Source: a virus. Taken from it: DNA of 64,000 bases. This document shows, in pieces, positions 46,508 through 55,949 of this stretch. The stretch is from positions 1-64,000 of the IMG/VR virus record IMGVR_UViG_3300047160_027173. One strand, given 5' to 3'. Position 1 is the stretch's first letter. Each line of letters starts with the position of its first letter. A model generated the notes under the pieces. It saw only the letters and a list, made by a program, of their open reading frames with translations. It made no database searches and had not been told where the DNA came from. The translations under genes were made by a program, and so were the position numbers.

Positions 46508-49017
46508 TGCCTGACCTCAACACTGATGGGAAGGCTCTTGTTGACGCCAGCGATCTGGACGCCGAAAGTGATGCGGGCCGAGGGGCCGTTCTTGACGATG
46601 CTGACGTCGTTGATGCCAGCGAAGGTCGGGTTGCCCTTGAGGAGGTTCTTGTACGTGGCCAGCATGTCCCGGGCCGTGACTTCGGCCGTGGACTCGCCCA
46701 GGAGGGGTGGGGTACCGTACTCGGGGTGGTGGAGCAGGGTGCCCTGAGGGGTGCTGAGGACGAGCTTGACGGTCTGGATGATGTTCGTCAGGCCCACGGC
46801 CAGGCGGCCACCGCCGTCCGGGGTGATGACGAGGTCGTTGTCCTGGGTCAGGAGCAGGTCGACGCCACCGACCCGGACCAGGGGGTCGAAGTAGTTCACG
46901 CCGGGGATGCTCTTCTCCCGGAAGTCGTCCTGGTCGGGCTCGACGTCGCTGGGGATGTAGAGCTGCTGGAGGCTGTTGACGGTGTTCGGGGCGAAGGCCT
47001 GCAGGTAGGCCTGGTCGTTGACCCTGTACACGGACAGATCGGGGTCGCCGTTGACGTGAACCAGGCTCAGGTCGGGGCTGATGACGTGGATGGCCGTGAC
47101 CCGGCGCTGGGTGCGGAGGGCGGCACGGCTGCCAATCCAGACCAGCTGGGACGTGAAGAGCTGGCTGCTGTCGGCTACGGCGATGACGTTGCCGTTGCCG
47201 TTGGCAGCCAGGGGCAGCTGGAAGCCGACCTCGTCCACGAAGGGGTCTTCGAGGCCGTTGAGGGCGGCGATCTCATGCCAGCGGTCAGGGGTGCCCAGGT
47301 AGAGCAGGCTGAGCTTCTCCAGGGTGTAGCCGTACGGGAACGGGACCAGGAACTTGCCAGCGGGGGTAGTGAAGGCGATACCGGACTGGGTGGCCAGGCC
47401 CGCGATGAAGTCGATGCTGTTGACCTCGTCCCGGTTGATGGTGGAAGAGGCGGCCAGGGCTTCGAGCTGGAGGATGGTCTCGTTGAGGCCGTAGATGGTC
47501 TGGAAGTCGTCGCTGGTCGGGGTCCGGACCGGAGGCCTCACGGGCAGGCTATAGGTGGCCGTGAAGGTCGGGTCGCCGAGGCCCACACTCTGCTCGAAGT
47601 CTGCCAGGAGGGCCTGGATGTTCTTGACCATCTGCTCGAAGTTCTCGCGCTTGAGCTGTCGGACGTGGTTCTTCTCGTCGGCGATCTTCTTCTGCGTGCT
47701 GGCTCGAAGCTGCAGGGCTCCGGGGTTGACGGCGTCGTAGAAGAAGAAGTTGTTCAGGGGGTCGGCGCTGATCTTGTTGGCCGGGGCCGCGCTCTGGTTG
47801 ACGGTGGCTACGCTGGCCTGACCGGCGCTGGTCGTGGCCTTGAGGCTGCTGACGGCCAGGTTCTGCCAGGCGGTGAGACTAGCCGCCGGGGCCGCGCTGG
47901 CCTGGAGGAAGGTGGCGCCGCTCGTGCCCTGCGTGTTGATGGCCTCCAGGATGGGCTCCTTGAGGTCGGACTGGATGTTCGCGGGCAGGTCGGCGGCGGT
48001 GTTGATGACCCCCTGAAAGTCCTTGACGAAGAGAGTGGCCTGGCGAACGGGCTCGAAGAGGACCTGGTGAACGTCGGCACGGATGCCCTGGAGGACGTTC
48101 TTAGCGCCTTCGAGGATGCGGCGGCTGTTCCGGAGACCGTTGAGAATGGCGGCCATGATCTGCGGACTGCGGGCGGCAGGCTGCAGATTGAAGAGGGGGT
48201 TGTTCTGGTTGTTGGGCTTGATTCTCTTCCAGGCCTTGAATTGGAGTCCGTAATGGTACTCCCAGGGACTGGCCGCTGAGCGCTGCATCTCGAAGCTCAT
48301 CGGCGAGACCAGGTAAAGCTCCTGGTCCTTCCAGAGGGCCAGGCCCAGAATCCAGTTACGACCGGCGGTGGTCTTTTTGAAGTTGGTGTAGCTCTCCAGG
48401 AAGCGGCGCAAGAGCTGGAACTGGTAGTAGCCGGTGCCGGTGCCGACGTCAGCGCTGCTGTCGTCGACGACGTTGCTGGCGACGGTGTTGCCGATGAGGC
48501 TGTTGACGGCGTTGCTGATCTGCTGGACACCGCTGAGTGTACCGGCGAAGACGGACTGAACCGGACCCAGGAAGCTGCCCAGAGCCTGGCCGCTGCTTCC
48601 CGGGTTGCCGCGGAGAGGGAGGACGCCCGTGGACCCCTGGATGGCGATCATCCGAATGGGGGCGGCGTTGTGCTCTTCGATGATGCCGCCCAGAGTCGGG
48701 GTCGTGACCACGGCCCAGGGCACGCTGATGCTCAGGGCCTCGGGAGGCACGGGCAGCGTGAAGGGCGGAATCTCGCTGTCGTCCCGAACCCAGTCCTGAC
48801 CCTGGCGCTGCAGGAGTACGAGCTGGTAGGGGAACTGCTTGTTCCAGAGAGTGCTGTCCAGGGTCGCGTAGTCCCAGAACCGGCGATCCTGCAGCTCCTT
48901 CTTGGACTGGGCAGCGTTCTCGATGGCGCCGTTGCTCTGCTGAGCGATCTGCGCAGCCGTCAGATGCTGCTTGACGTCGCCAGGTGCCAGGGATGCGATG
49001 GACGAGAACAAAGACAT
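46504..49017 (-). CDS. Baseplate fusion protein (tube-initiator-like, LysM-like and gp25-like domains)
   Basis: YTLEKLSLLYLGTPDRWHEIAALNGL; GLTNIIQ...LSTPQGTLLHHPEYG. Confidence 0.75.
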   Translation of the reverse strand: MSLFSSIASLAPGDVKQHLTAAQIAQQSNGAIENAAQSKKELQDRRFWDYATLDSTLWNKQFPYQLVLLQRQGQDWVRDDSEIPPFTLPVPPEALSISVPWAVVTTPTLGGIIEEHNAAPIRMIAIQGSTGVLPLRGNPGSSGQALGSFLGPVQSVFAGTLSGVQQISNAVNSLIGNTVASNVVDDSSADVGTGTGYYQFQLLRRFLESYTNFKKTTAGRNWILGLALWKDQELYLVSPMSFEMQRSAASPWEYHYGLQFKAWKRIKPNNQNNPLFNLQPAARSPQIMAAILNGLRNSRRILEGAKNVLQGIRADVHQVLFEPVRQATLFVKDFQGVINTAADLPANIQSDLKEPILEAINTQGTSGATFLQASAAPAASLTAWQNLAVSSLKATTSAGQASVATVNQSAAPANKISADPLNNFFFYDAVNPGALQLRASTQKKIADEKNHVRQLKRENFEQMVKNIQALLADFEQSVGLGDPTFTATYSLPVRPPVRTPTSDDFQTIYGLNETILQLEALAASSTINRDEVNSIDFIAGLATQSGIAFTTPAGKFLVPFPYGYTLEKLSLLYLGTPDRWHEIAALNGLEDPFVDEVGFQLPLAANGNGNVIAVADSSQLFTSQLVWIGSRAALRTQRRVTAIHVISPDLSLVHVNGDPDLSVYRVNDQAYLQAFAPNTVNSLQQLYIPSDVEPDQDDFREKSIPGVNYFDPLVRVGGVDLLLTQDNDLVITPDGGGRLAVGLTNIIQTVKLVLSTPQGTLLHHPEYGTPPLLGESTAEVTARDMLATYKNLLKGNPTFAGINDVSIVKNGPSARITFGVQIAGVNKSLPISVEVRQ

Positions 49018-49024
49018 AGGGGGA

Positions 49025-50116
49025 TTAGTCGCTTAGATTGACCTTAGACAGGTACGTGCTGGCCATGCCCTCGAAGCTGGCGGCGGCGCTGGCGATGGTG
49101 TTCATGGCCGTGGCGACCTGAGCCAGGGCCTGAGCGGCGGCCTGGAAGAAGGGCTTGGCGCTGGGCAGCGTGGACTGGCTGCTACCGGCGCTGATCTGGG
49201 CGCTGGCCGTGTTCAGGGCCCCACTAGCCTGGGCACAGGCCCTGTTGATGGCGTCGTTGAGCTGCTTCTGGGCGGCCCGGAACGTGGTGCCGAGCATGGT
49301 CGCGTCCGTGGCCGCACCCGTGAGCACGCCCGCAGACCTGAGGACGATGTTGTCCGTGGCCGTGACGTTGAAGGCTGCCGAGGTCTTGAAGCTGGCGTCG
49401 TCCTGAACGGTCCAGGTCAGGGCGTTCTTGGTCTGGCCCTCGAAGTCGTCGGTGAGGATGCTGAGTTTCTTGTTCTCGTGGTCGAGGAAGACGAACTGGT
49501 CTTCCTGGGGGGTCGAGGACTTGATGCCACCAGTCTTGGTGAAGAGGATGGTGCTGCCTTCGGCGTTGGGGTCGGCGTCCTTGGTCAGGGCTCCGTAGAC
49601 GGTGGTGGCGCCGCGAAACATGAACTGGAGCTGGCCGTCCTTGTCCACGGTCTGCTGGGCGCCGTTGAACTCCCAGAAGTAGTTGTGGCCCTGGTTGGTG
49701 TCCACGCCCTGGGGGAGATCCCGGCTGGCGTTGCTATCGCGGACGCCGCCGATGATGAAGGCGCGGCTCTGCTCGCCGTCGATGCAGAGCAAGAGGACCT
49801 TGGCGCCGACGCCAACAGTATCCTGGTCCGGATTCCCGGTTCGGAGCGTGTACCGACAGAGGTCTGCGGCGGAGCCGAAGATGTTGACGAGCTGGCAGGT
49901 GTGGTAGCGGATAGTGGTCCTGGCGCCGAAGCCATCCTTGCCGGTGACGTCCACGTAGTACTCGATGAAACGCCCGTTCTGATTCTTGTCGTTGTCCGGG
50001 TAGAGCAACACCTTGACCTCTCCGTAGCGGAGGGTGATGTTGGTCTGGAAGCCGTTGTCCTTACTCAGGCCCACGGGAGCACTGCTCAGGTAGCTGGGGA
50101 TGATGACGCCGTCCAT
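49025..50116 (-). CDS. Baseplate central spike-like protein
   Basis: OB-like GAKVLLLCIDG....AFIIGG, beta-strand repeats; position after the hub gene. Confidence 0.7.
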   Translation of the reverse strand: MDGVIIPSYLSSAPVGLSKDNGFQTNITLRYGEVKVLLYPDNDKNQNGRFIEYYVDVTGKDGFGARTTIRYHTCQLVNIFGSAADLCRYTLRTGNPDQDTVGVGAKVLLLCIDGEQSRAFIIGGVRDSNASRDLPQGVDTNQGHNYFWEFNGAQQTVDKDGQLQFMFRGATTVYGALTKDADPNAEGSTILFTKTGGIKSSTPQEDQFVFLDHENKKLSILTDDFEGQTKNALTWTVQDDASFKTSAAFNVTATDNIVLRSAGVLTGAATDATMLGTTFRAAQKQLNDAINRACAQASGALNTASAQISAGSSQSTLPSAKPFFQAAAQALAQVATAMNTIASAAASFEGMASTYLSKVNLSD

Positions 50117-52110
50117 TACTGGCTCCCGGGGTCCTTGATGTTGCCGGGGCGAACACTCAAGTCGGCAGCGGGCTGGCTGCCCTGGTCACTGGTGATGCCC
50201 GGATTGAAGGTGCTCTCATCGCTGGGCAGTAGGAAGCTGTAGATGCCCATGTCGGGGTTGCCCGCCGTATCCCGCAGGGGGTTGGTCCGAATGCCGTGAG
50301 AAAGGCTCAGGCCCGTGTTGAAGACCTTCATGCCGTTGCCGTCGATGCTGCAGCTGTGGTTGATGGCCTCGATGTGGTAGGTATCGCCATCCCACTCGAC
50401 GTTGTCACCGATGCAGACCGGAGCCTGGATGCCGAGTGAGTTCATGGTGCCGGTCATGGTCATGTGCTGCCCCATGAGGAAGTCGCTGAGGACGTTCATC
50501 CACTTACCAGCGCTGTGGTTGATGACGTCACCGACCCAGATGGGTACCGTGGCCATGTACGGGCGCAGGCCCGAGCGGCTGATGTCGAGGTCGTCACGGA
50601 TGGGCGGGTTGAAGATGATCTGAATCTTGTCAAAGCCCGGCGTGGCGCAGTTGCCGTAGACGTGGACGAAGTTGAAGCGGAGGGCGTCGCTGCGGCCGAC
50701 GTCGACGTGGTTCACCAGGACCGGGTCAATGCCCCAGGTGGGGAGGTTCAAGTACCTGGTCGTGAACAGGGTGCGGTCAAGGTCCAGGCCTGCGCTCTCG
50801 TCGGCGGCATTCCCGGAGTTCAGGTTCAGGCCTGCGCTCTCGTCGGACGGGTCGGCCGTGTCGATCCCAGAGCGAGTGTTCAACTTGGCCACGAAGCGGT
50901 CCGTGGTGAACGGGAACTGGCGGGCGATGAACGTCGGCATGACCCGACCGTCCTGGTTCACGCGCAGGGTCATGTACATCTCGTTGATGCCCGGGTTCAG
51001 GTACTGGCGGAGGATGGACCAGACGGGGACGTTGTTGAACTGGGGGGCCTGCGGGAGAACGTCGCCCAGCAGGGGCTGAGTCGTCAGGCGCCGGTTGCCG
51101 AGCTGCTGAAGGTTCTCGGGCATGAAGGCGGCGGCGATGGCCAGGTCGGCGTTGGAGCCGCCCTTGTTCACGTCCTGCGGCCCCAGGCTCCCGGCCGTGG
51201 ACTGGCCGTCGTACTGCTGGATGCCGATGGTGGTCTCCAGGATGTCGGCGAAGGCGACGATGCCCCTGGGGCTGGTGCCGGAGATTCCCAGGCACTGAGC
51301 GACCAGGGTGGGAACTCCATAGGCGAAAGTGGCATCGGAGTCGCTGTTCTGAGTCCTGGCTTCGAGACCAGCGGTGGCCTGCTGGCCGACGGCTCCGCCG
51401 TGGCCCTCGCCGCGGGGGATGCCGCGGCCCAAGAGGAGGTCGATGATGTAGGGCAGGGCCTTGTTGATGTCGATGCCCCGCTGTCCTTCACGGATGAGCT
51501 TGCTGATGTCCGCATCGAGGTGACCCCAGAGCAGGCCCAGGGCCTTGGTCTGATCGGCGAGGAGCGGATCGTAGAAGATCTGCGCGTCCATCTCCTGGAA
51601 GCCGGTACCGGTCAGTGCGTACCGGACCTGGCGGTGACCGCTAGCTGCCTGGTCCAGAGACTTGCGGATGCTCGACACCCGGCCGACGAACTTGAGACCG
51701 TCCCGGAAGCCGTTCAGGGGCACACCGCCCTGGGCGCCGATGCCGGTCATGCGCTGGAGGACGTCCTGGAAGTCCTGGTCGTTGGTGAACATCCAGGCCA
51801 TGCACCAGTCGCCGGGGAAGATCTCGGACTCGTAGTTGATGCCAGGGGCCAGCGTCGCCGACATCTGCGGAGTGTGCTGGCTCTTCGCCATCTGGACCTG
51901 CAGCTGCAGGCAGTCACCGGTGATGATGAGGGGCTTGCCGCGGATTTCTAGACCCGGTGGATAGTTGGTCGTGAAGCTGTTCTGGTTCTGGCGGCTGTAC
52001 GTGGCCGGGTAGCGGAACCTGAAGACGCAGACCACCCAGTTTGCCGACTGAGAGACGTAGTCGGCTCCGGGCTGTGCTCCGTAGTCTGCGACGCATTCGT
52101 AGGTGGCCAT
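50116..52110 (-). CDS. Baseplate hub-like protein
   Basis: Follows the tape measure; FVGRVSSI, MTGT...YHIEAINHS hub-type C-terminus. Confidence 0.7.
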   Translation of the reverse strand: MATYECVADYGAQPGADYVSQSANWVVCVFRFRYPATYSRQNQNSFTTNYPPGLEIRGKPLIITGDCLQLQVQMAKSQHTPQMSATLAPGINYESEIFPGDWCMAWMFTNDQDFQDVLQRMTGIGAQGGVPLNGFRDGLKFVGRVSSIRKSLDQAASGHRQVRYALTGTGFQEMDAQIFYDPLLADQTKALGLLWGHLDADISKLIREGQRGIDINKALPYIIDLLLGRGIPRGEGHGGAVGQQATAGLEARTQNSDSDATFAYGVPTLVAQCLGISGTSPRGIVAFADILETTIGIQQYDGQSTAGSLGPQDVNKGGSNADLAIAAAFMPENLQQLGNRRLTTQPLLGDVLPQAPQFNNVPVWSILRQYLNPGINEMYMTLRVNQDGRVMPTFIARQFPFTTDRFVAKLNTRSGIDTADPSDESAGLNLNSGNAADESAGLDLDRTLFTTRYLNLPTWGIDPVLVNHVDVGRSDALRFNFVHVYGNCATPGFDKIQIIFNPPIRDDLDISRSGLRPYMATVPIWVGDVINHSAGKWMNVLSDFLMGQHMTMTGTMNSLGIQAPVCIGDNVEWDGDTYHIEAINHSCSIDGNGMKVFNTGLSLSHGIRTNPLRDTAGNPDMGIYSFLLPSDESTFNPGITSDQGSQPAADLSVRPGNIKDPGSQ
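50785..50846. repeat. 20-bp direct repeat, in-frame duplication in the hub gene
   Basis: CAGGCCTGCGCTCTCGTCGG at 50785 and 50827 (DESAGL twice). Confidence 0.8.
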
Positions 52111-54315
52111 TTAGTGACCTGGAGGGCCGGCCTTGTGGTTCCAGGGCATGGTGTCCATGATCCGCTGGAAGGTGTCCCTGAGCTTGGTGCTGACTCCGGC
52201 CAGGCCGAGCATGTGCTCGGCGGCCTTGTCGGCAGCGTCCGAGGCGCCGTAGAGGCCGGTCTCGGCAGCCTTGATGGCGTCCTGAAACTCCTGCTCCATG
52301 ACGGGCCTGGCCGTGCCGCCCTTGCCGAGCTTGCGCTCAAGTTCGTACTGGGTCTTGGCGTCGGCGTCAGCCTTGGCCTGCTGGAGTTTGCTCAGCCTAC
52401 CTGCCGGGGTCCTACCGGCCTTGAAGGTCTTCCCCTCGGGAGTGGCCAGCATCCGGTTCATGAAGACAGCGCCTTCAGGGCCCAGCTCGGGCCTGCTCAG
52501 GGCTTCCGCGGAACCCAGCGCAGAGGCCTGGTCGGGGTTCTGCTGCAGGTAGCTCTTCAGAGGCAGACCGCTGGCCCGGTACCGCTTCACGGCCAAGCTG
52601 GCCGGGCTGTTGTCGTCGGCGGCGTAGTCCAGGAGGGCGCTGTTGGCCACGCTCTCGTAGTACTTCTTGACCATGTTGATGTTGACGCCAGCGTCCTTGA
52701 GGAAGTCAGGGATGGTGCCCGTGCGGACGATGTCCTGGACCTGCTGGAAGCTGAGCTGGCTCAGCGCGACCTGGGCGTAGGTGTTCCCGCCCGGGCCAGT
52801 GGCCTCGATGGCGGAGAGCAGGTTGCGACCGGCCTGAAGGCCGCTGCTGTCGCTGAACAGGGTTCCGCCAGTCTGCAGACCAGCCTTGGCCTGCTCCACG
52901 AGGAAGGCGTCACCGAGACCGGCCTTCTGGCCGAGTTCGACGCCGCCCTGCAGTCCGGCCAGGGTGCCGAGACCGCCAGTAGTACCGGCCGGGTTGAAGC
53001 CCGTCAGAGCCAGGCCGCCGAGCTTTGCAGCCATGGCCGCGTTCTTGCCCAAGGGTCCGCCGAAGACGTTGTTGACGCCACCGAAGCCGCTCTGGGTTCC
53101 GGCCGCAACGAGGCCACTGATGTCGTAGCCCACGGCCTGAGCCTGCATGATGGCGTCCGCCCAGGGCGTGGCCTGGTTACCGGCCTGGTTGCGGATGCCC
53201 AAGTAGGCGCCGTAGAACTGGTCTTCGCTGTAGCCGCGCGACTGCAGTCTCTTGTGGAAATCGCCGTAGTACTTCGCCTTCTTGGCGGCGGGATCATTGG
53301 CGTTGATGGCGTCGCCGACACCCTCTTCCAAGCCGAAAAGGCGGGCTCCGGTGATGCGCGAGCCCATGCTCTGGTTCCAGTAGTCCTCGCTGAGGCCGAC
53401 GTCGCGCTGATAGCCGAGACTATTCTTCCGGGCGCTGATGATCTCGTTGATCTTGCCCATCCTGAAGGCGTTCAGGTTTTCCTGATACGCGCCCGGTCCC
53501 GCGAAAATGGCGTCGATGGGATGCGATTTCCAATAGTCCATTTCGGACATGGTGCCGGTCTGTTCACCGATCTGCATGGCCAGGGCCTGGCCGCCCTGGC
53601 GGAGCGCGCCCAGGGTGCTGTAGTCGCCACCGGCAATGGCCCTGAGGTTGGGAACGTAAGCCGCGCCCTGGGCAGCCGTGGCCTGAGCAGGCATCATGGA
53701 CATGCTACGGAGCAGGGAGAAGGTGGTACCGGCGACGCCAGCACCGATTCCCGCGACCTGCGCAAACTCAGACAGACCTGAGAGGAAACCACCGCCACCA
53801 CCGCCGCCGATGGCAAGCTGGGAGCCGCTGAAGCCGCCGCCACCCGGACCGAGCATGCCGTAGCCGCCGCCGGTGTAGCTGGGGCCGCCCATGCGCATGA
53901 CGCCGCCCAGGAGGCCACCGCCAAGGCCGCCGAAGGCCTTGGTGACACCCGACAGGGCGCCGGTGAGTTCGCTGAGGTCTCGCTTCTGTTGCTGGACACT
54001 GCTGCGCAGCTCGCGGGTGAGCTTCTGCAGGGCGGTGACGCCTTCGTCGGCCTGCTTCTTGATGCCGCCAGAGGCAGCACCGACAGCACCGGCAACGCCG
54101 GTCTGAGCGCCGGCAGCGGTCTGGGCCACACTCTTGCCAGCCGTACCACCGCCGACGTTACCACCGCCGAAGAAGCCACCGCCAGCCGACTTCATGGCCT
54201 CGGAGAACTTCAGGGCCTGCTGGGTCAGGTCCTGGAGCGCCGTCTTGACCTGAGCAAGGCTCTGCTGGTCGACTACGAACTTGAAATTGACGCTCTTAGT
54301 GCCGGTTTCTGCCAT
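52111..54315 (-). CDS. Tape measure protein
   Basis: Gly/Ala-rich helical protein between the chaperones and the hub. Confidence 0.7.
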   Translation of the reverse strand: MAETGTKSVNFKFVVDQQSLAQVKTALQDLTQQALKFSEAMKSAGGGFFGGGNVGGGTAGKSVAQTAAGAQTGVAGAVGAASGGIKKQADEGVTALQKLTRELRSSVQQQKRDLSELTGALSGVTKAFGGLGGGLLGGVMRMGGPSYTGGGYGMLGPGGGGFSGSQLAIGGGGGGGFLSGLSEFAQVAGIGAGVAGTTFSLLRSMSMMPAQATAAQGAAYVPNLRAIAGGDYSTLGALRQGGQALAMQIGEQTGTMSEMDYWKSHPIDAIFAGPGAYQENLNAFRMGKINEIISARKNSLGYQRDVGLSEDYWNQSMGSRITGARLFGLEEGVGDAINANDPAAKKAKYYGDFHKRLQSRGYSEDQFYGAYLGIRNQAGNQATPWADAIMQAQAVGYDISGLVAAGTQSGFGGVNNVFGGPLGKNAAMAAKLGGLALTGFNPAGTTGGLGTLAGLQGGVELGQKAGLGDAFLVEQAKAGLQTGGTLFSDSSGLQAGRNLLSAIEATGPGGNTYAQVALSQLSFQQVQDIVRTGTIPDFLKDAGVNINMVKKYYESVANSALLDYAADDNSPASLAVKRYRASGLPLKSYLQQNPDQASALGSAEALSRPELGPEGAVFMNRMLATPEGKTFKAGRTPAGRLSKLQQAKADADAKTQYELERKLGKGGTARPVMEQEFQDAIKAAETGLYGASDAADKAAEHMLGLAGVSTKLRDTFQRIMDTMPWNHKAGPPGH

Positions 54316-54321
54316 GGTGGA

Positions 54322-54858
54322 TTACGGCTTAGATTGCCCGAGTGCGTCCCCTCGGACGGCGGCCTCGAAATCGTCGTCCGTGACGAAGCTGACCTTCACG
54401 TCGGGCTCTACCTTCTTCGAGGGGAGCTTGCTCAGGCTGGGGTCCTTACTGCTGTCCTGGGGCTTAGCGAACTTCATGAAGGGCTTGGCGGCCGTTGGAG
54501 CGTCCTGGCCCGCGGCCTTGGCGGCAGCAGCCAGGGCCTCGTTCTTCTCGATCTTCTTCCGGATGCGGATGCTGGCGACCTCTTCGCGTTGGAAGTCGCG
54601 GTCGCGCTCGATGGCCTCTTCCCGGGTCTCCAGCATGTCCTCGATTTCCTGCTCGCGGCGGTCATCCTCCAGGTCCGAGTAGTGCTCCTCCCAGTACTCG
54701 CGGAGGATCATGAACGGGTCCAAGGCCTCGACCTCAGCCAGAGGCGTGTTCAGGGTCTTGCTGTACCAGCGCCGAACCCGGCGCAGGAGGGCGGCCTCGT
54801 CGGGGTCGACGACGGCCAGCATGGCCTGGTAGCGGATGGCGTCGTAGACCGACGTCAC
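54322..54858 (-). CDS. Tail assembly chaperone-like protein 2
   Basis: RWYSKTLNTPL.EVE.L motif; directly upstream of the tape measure; own AAGGAG RBS. Confidence 0.6.
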   Translation of the reverse strand: MTSVYDAIRYQAMLAVVDPDEAALLRRVRRWYSKTLNTPLAEVEALDPFMILREYWEEHYSDLEDDRREQEIEDMLETREEAIERDRDFQREEVASIRIRKKIEKNEALAAAAKAAGQDAPTAAKPFMKFAKPQDSSKDPSLSKLPSKKVEPDVKVSFVTDDDFEAAVRGDALGQSKP

Positions 54859-54861
54859 GGC

Positions 54862-55260
54862 TTACTCCTTGGCGGCGCTCTTCTTCAGCTCCGCCCGGGC
54901 CTCTTCGCCCTTCTTGACGACGGCGTCCTGGGCTTCCTTCTCGATGCGGAGAATGTTCGAGTAGACGGCGGCCACGGGATCCTCGTCGACGAGGTTGATG
55001 CCCTGGCCAGACTCCTGCCACCAGCGGGGACCGGGACCAACAAGGTGGGCCCAGATCTTGGAGAAGGCCGAGGCCACGTTCTGGGCGTCGGGGGAGGCCA
55101 ACTCGGGCTTGGGGCCGAGAAGGTCACGCCGAAGCTGGTCCATCTTCAGGGTGTCGAGGTGACTGAGACGGGGGCGGGCCTTGAAGACGCCCGGGTAGGA
55201 CTCTCCGGTCTTCTCGCCCTTGACGTCGACGGTGAACTCCACGGGTTCGTTGCTGTACAT
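54862..55260 (-). CDS. Tail assembly chaperone-like protein 1
   Basis: Start MYSNEP at 55260 (AGGAG); GE.TG..Y.G.F...P.WW pattern. Confidence 0.65.
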   Translation of the reverse strand: MYSNEPVEFTVDVKGEKTGESYPGVFKARPRLSHLDTLKMDQLRRDLLGPKPELASPDAQNVASAFSKIWAHLVGPGPRWWQESGQGINLVDEDPVAAVYSNILRIEKEAQDAVVKKGEEARAELKKSAAKE

Positions 55261-55330
55261 GTTGCTCCTGGGGATGCGAAACTCGCGACCAAGGAGTATA
55301 CCACGCTCGACTCGATCACTGATTCGGAGC

Positions 55331-55338
55331 CTAGATTG
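55331..55338 (-). promoter_or_regulatory. Candidate late promoter heading the tail operon
   Basis: CAATCTAG at the divergent junction; TGGTATACT extended -10-like element downstream near 55286-55294. Confidence 0.6.
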
Positions 55339-55797
55339 CTCGCCTATCGCTACTACGCCCGAGAGCGGAAGCTGTTCAGAGCCTACGAGGAGTACTACTT
55401 CGAGACCGAGCTGGACGTCCGCAAGGCCGTCGACTACGTCTGCCGGACCTGGGGCGTGCACAGGGCTGAAGTCATCATTCTTGACACTGACGAGCGCACT
55501 CGCTTCGGGGGTTGGTACCGGCCCCAGACCTGGCTCCTCAACATGAAGTCAGGCGTCCTGGGCTTCTACCCGGACCAGCTAGACTTCCGGACCGTGGCCC
55601 ACGAGCTGGCCCACCACGTGGACGCCGAGGAGAAGGTCCTCACCTACAAATGGGCCCGGGGCTGGCCGAGGAAGAACCACCGAGCCCACCGGAACCGGCA
55701 CATGGAGTTGATGGCCTGGATCCTGGCCCAGCTCACCGCGGGCAGCCGAGAAGTCCGTGGCGCCAGGCCCCGCGCCGCTGTTAAGGTCAGAACGTGA
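55336..55797 (+). CDS. HExxH metallopeptidase (SprT-like)
   Basis: TTG start after GGAG; TVAHELAHH plus distal His cluster; real 3' part of ORF 53989-55797. Confidence 0.65.
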   Translation: MLAYRYYARERKLFRAYEEYYFETELDVRKAVDYVCRTWGVHRAEVIILDTDERTRFGGWYRPQTWLLNMKSGVLGFYPDQLDFRTVAHELAHHVDAEEKVLTYKWARGWPRKNHRAHRNRHMELMAWILAQLTAGSREVRGARPRAAVKVRT

Positions 55798-55949
55798 AGA
55801 TGCTCGACGACATCCACGACCGGCTGCACACCCTGTTGGCGGCGGCTGTGGTCGGGAGCATCTTCCTAATGGCCTACACCATCGTCTACCTCCGTGGAGC
55901 GTGGATCGATGCCATGGAAGAAAAACGCCGTAACATCCGAGGGAACTGA
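55794..55949 (+). CDS. Small single-TM protein
   Basis: 51 aa, coupled to both neighbours. Confidence 0.5.
   Translation: MKMLDDIHDRLHTLLAAAVVGSIFLMAYTIVYLRGAWIDAMEEKRRNIRGN

Noticed and set aside
20393-48279. Very long plus-strand ORFs opposite structural genes (e.g. 20393-22687, 23851-27165, 29482-31932, 40086-42491)
   Set aside because: Antisense shadows of GC3-biased genes; no motifs and they fully overlap well-supported genes
54322-55260. Programmed G/GT-type frameshift between tail chaperones
   Set aside because: No X XXY YYZ slippery site seen; the second gene has its own AAGGAG and GTG start
19980-55260. Bacterial contractile injection system or tailocin
   Set aside because: Flanked by phage helicases, an HNH gene and dense small phage ORFs, with no host housekeeping context
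53989-55335. N-terminal part of the 602-aa plus ORF
   Set aside because: Antisense to chaperone and tape measure genes; only 55336-55797 looks real
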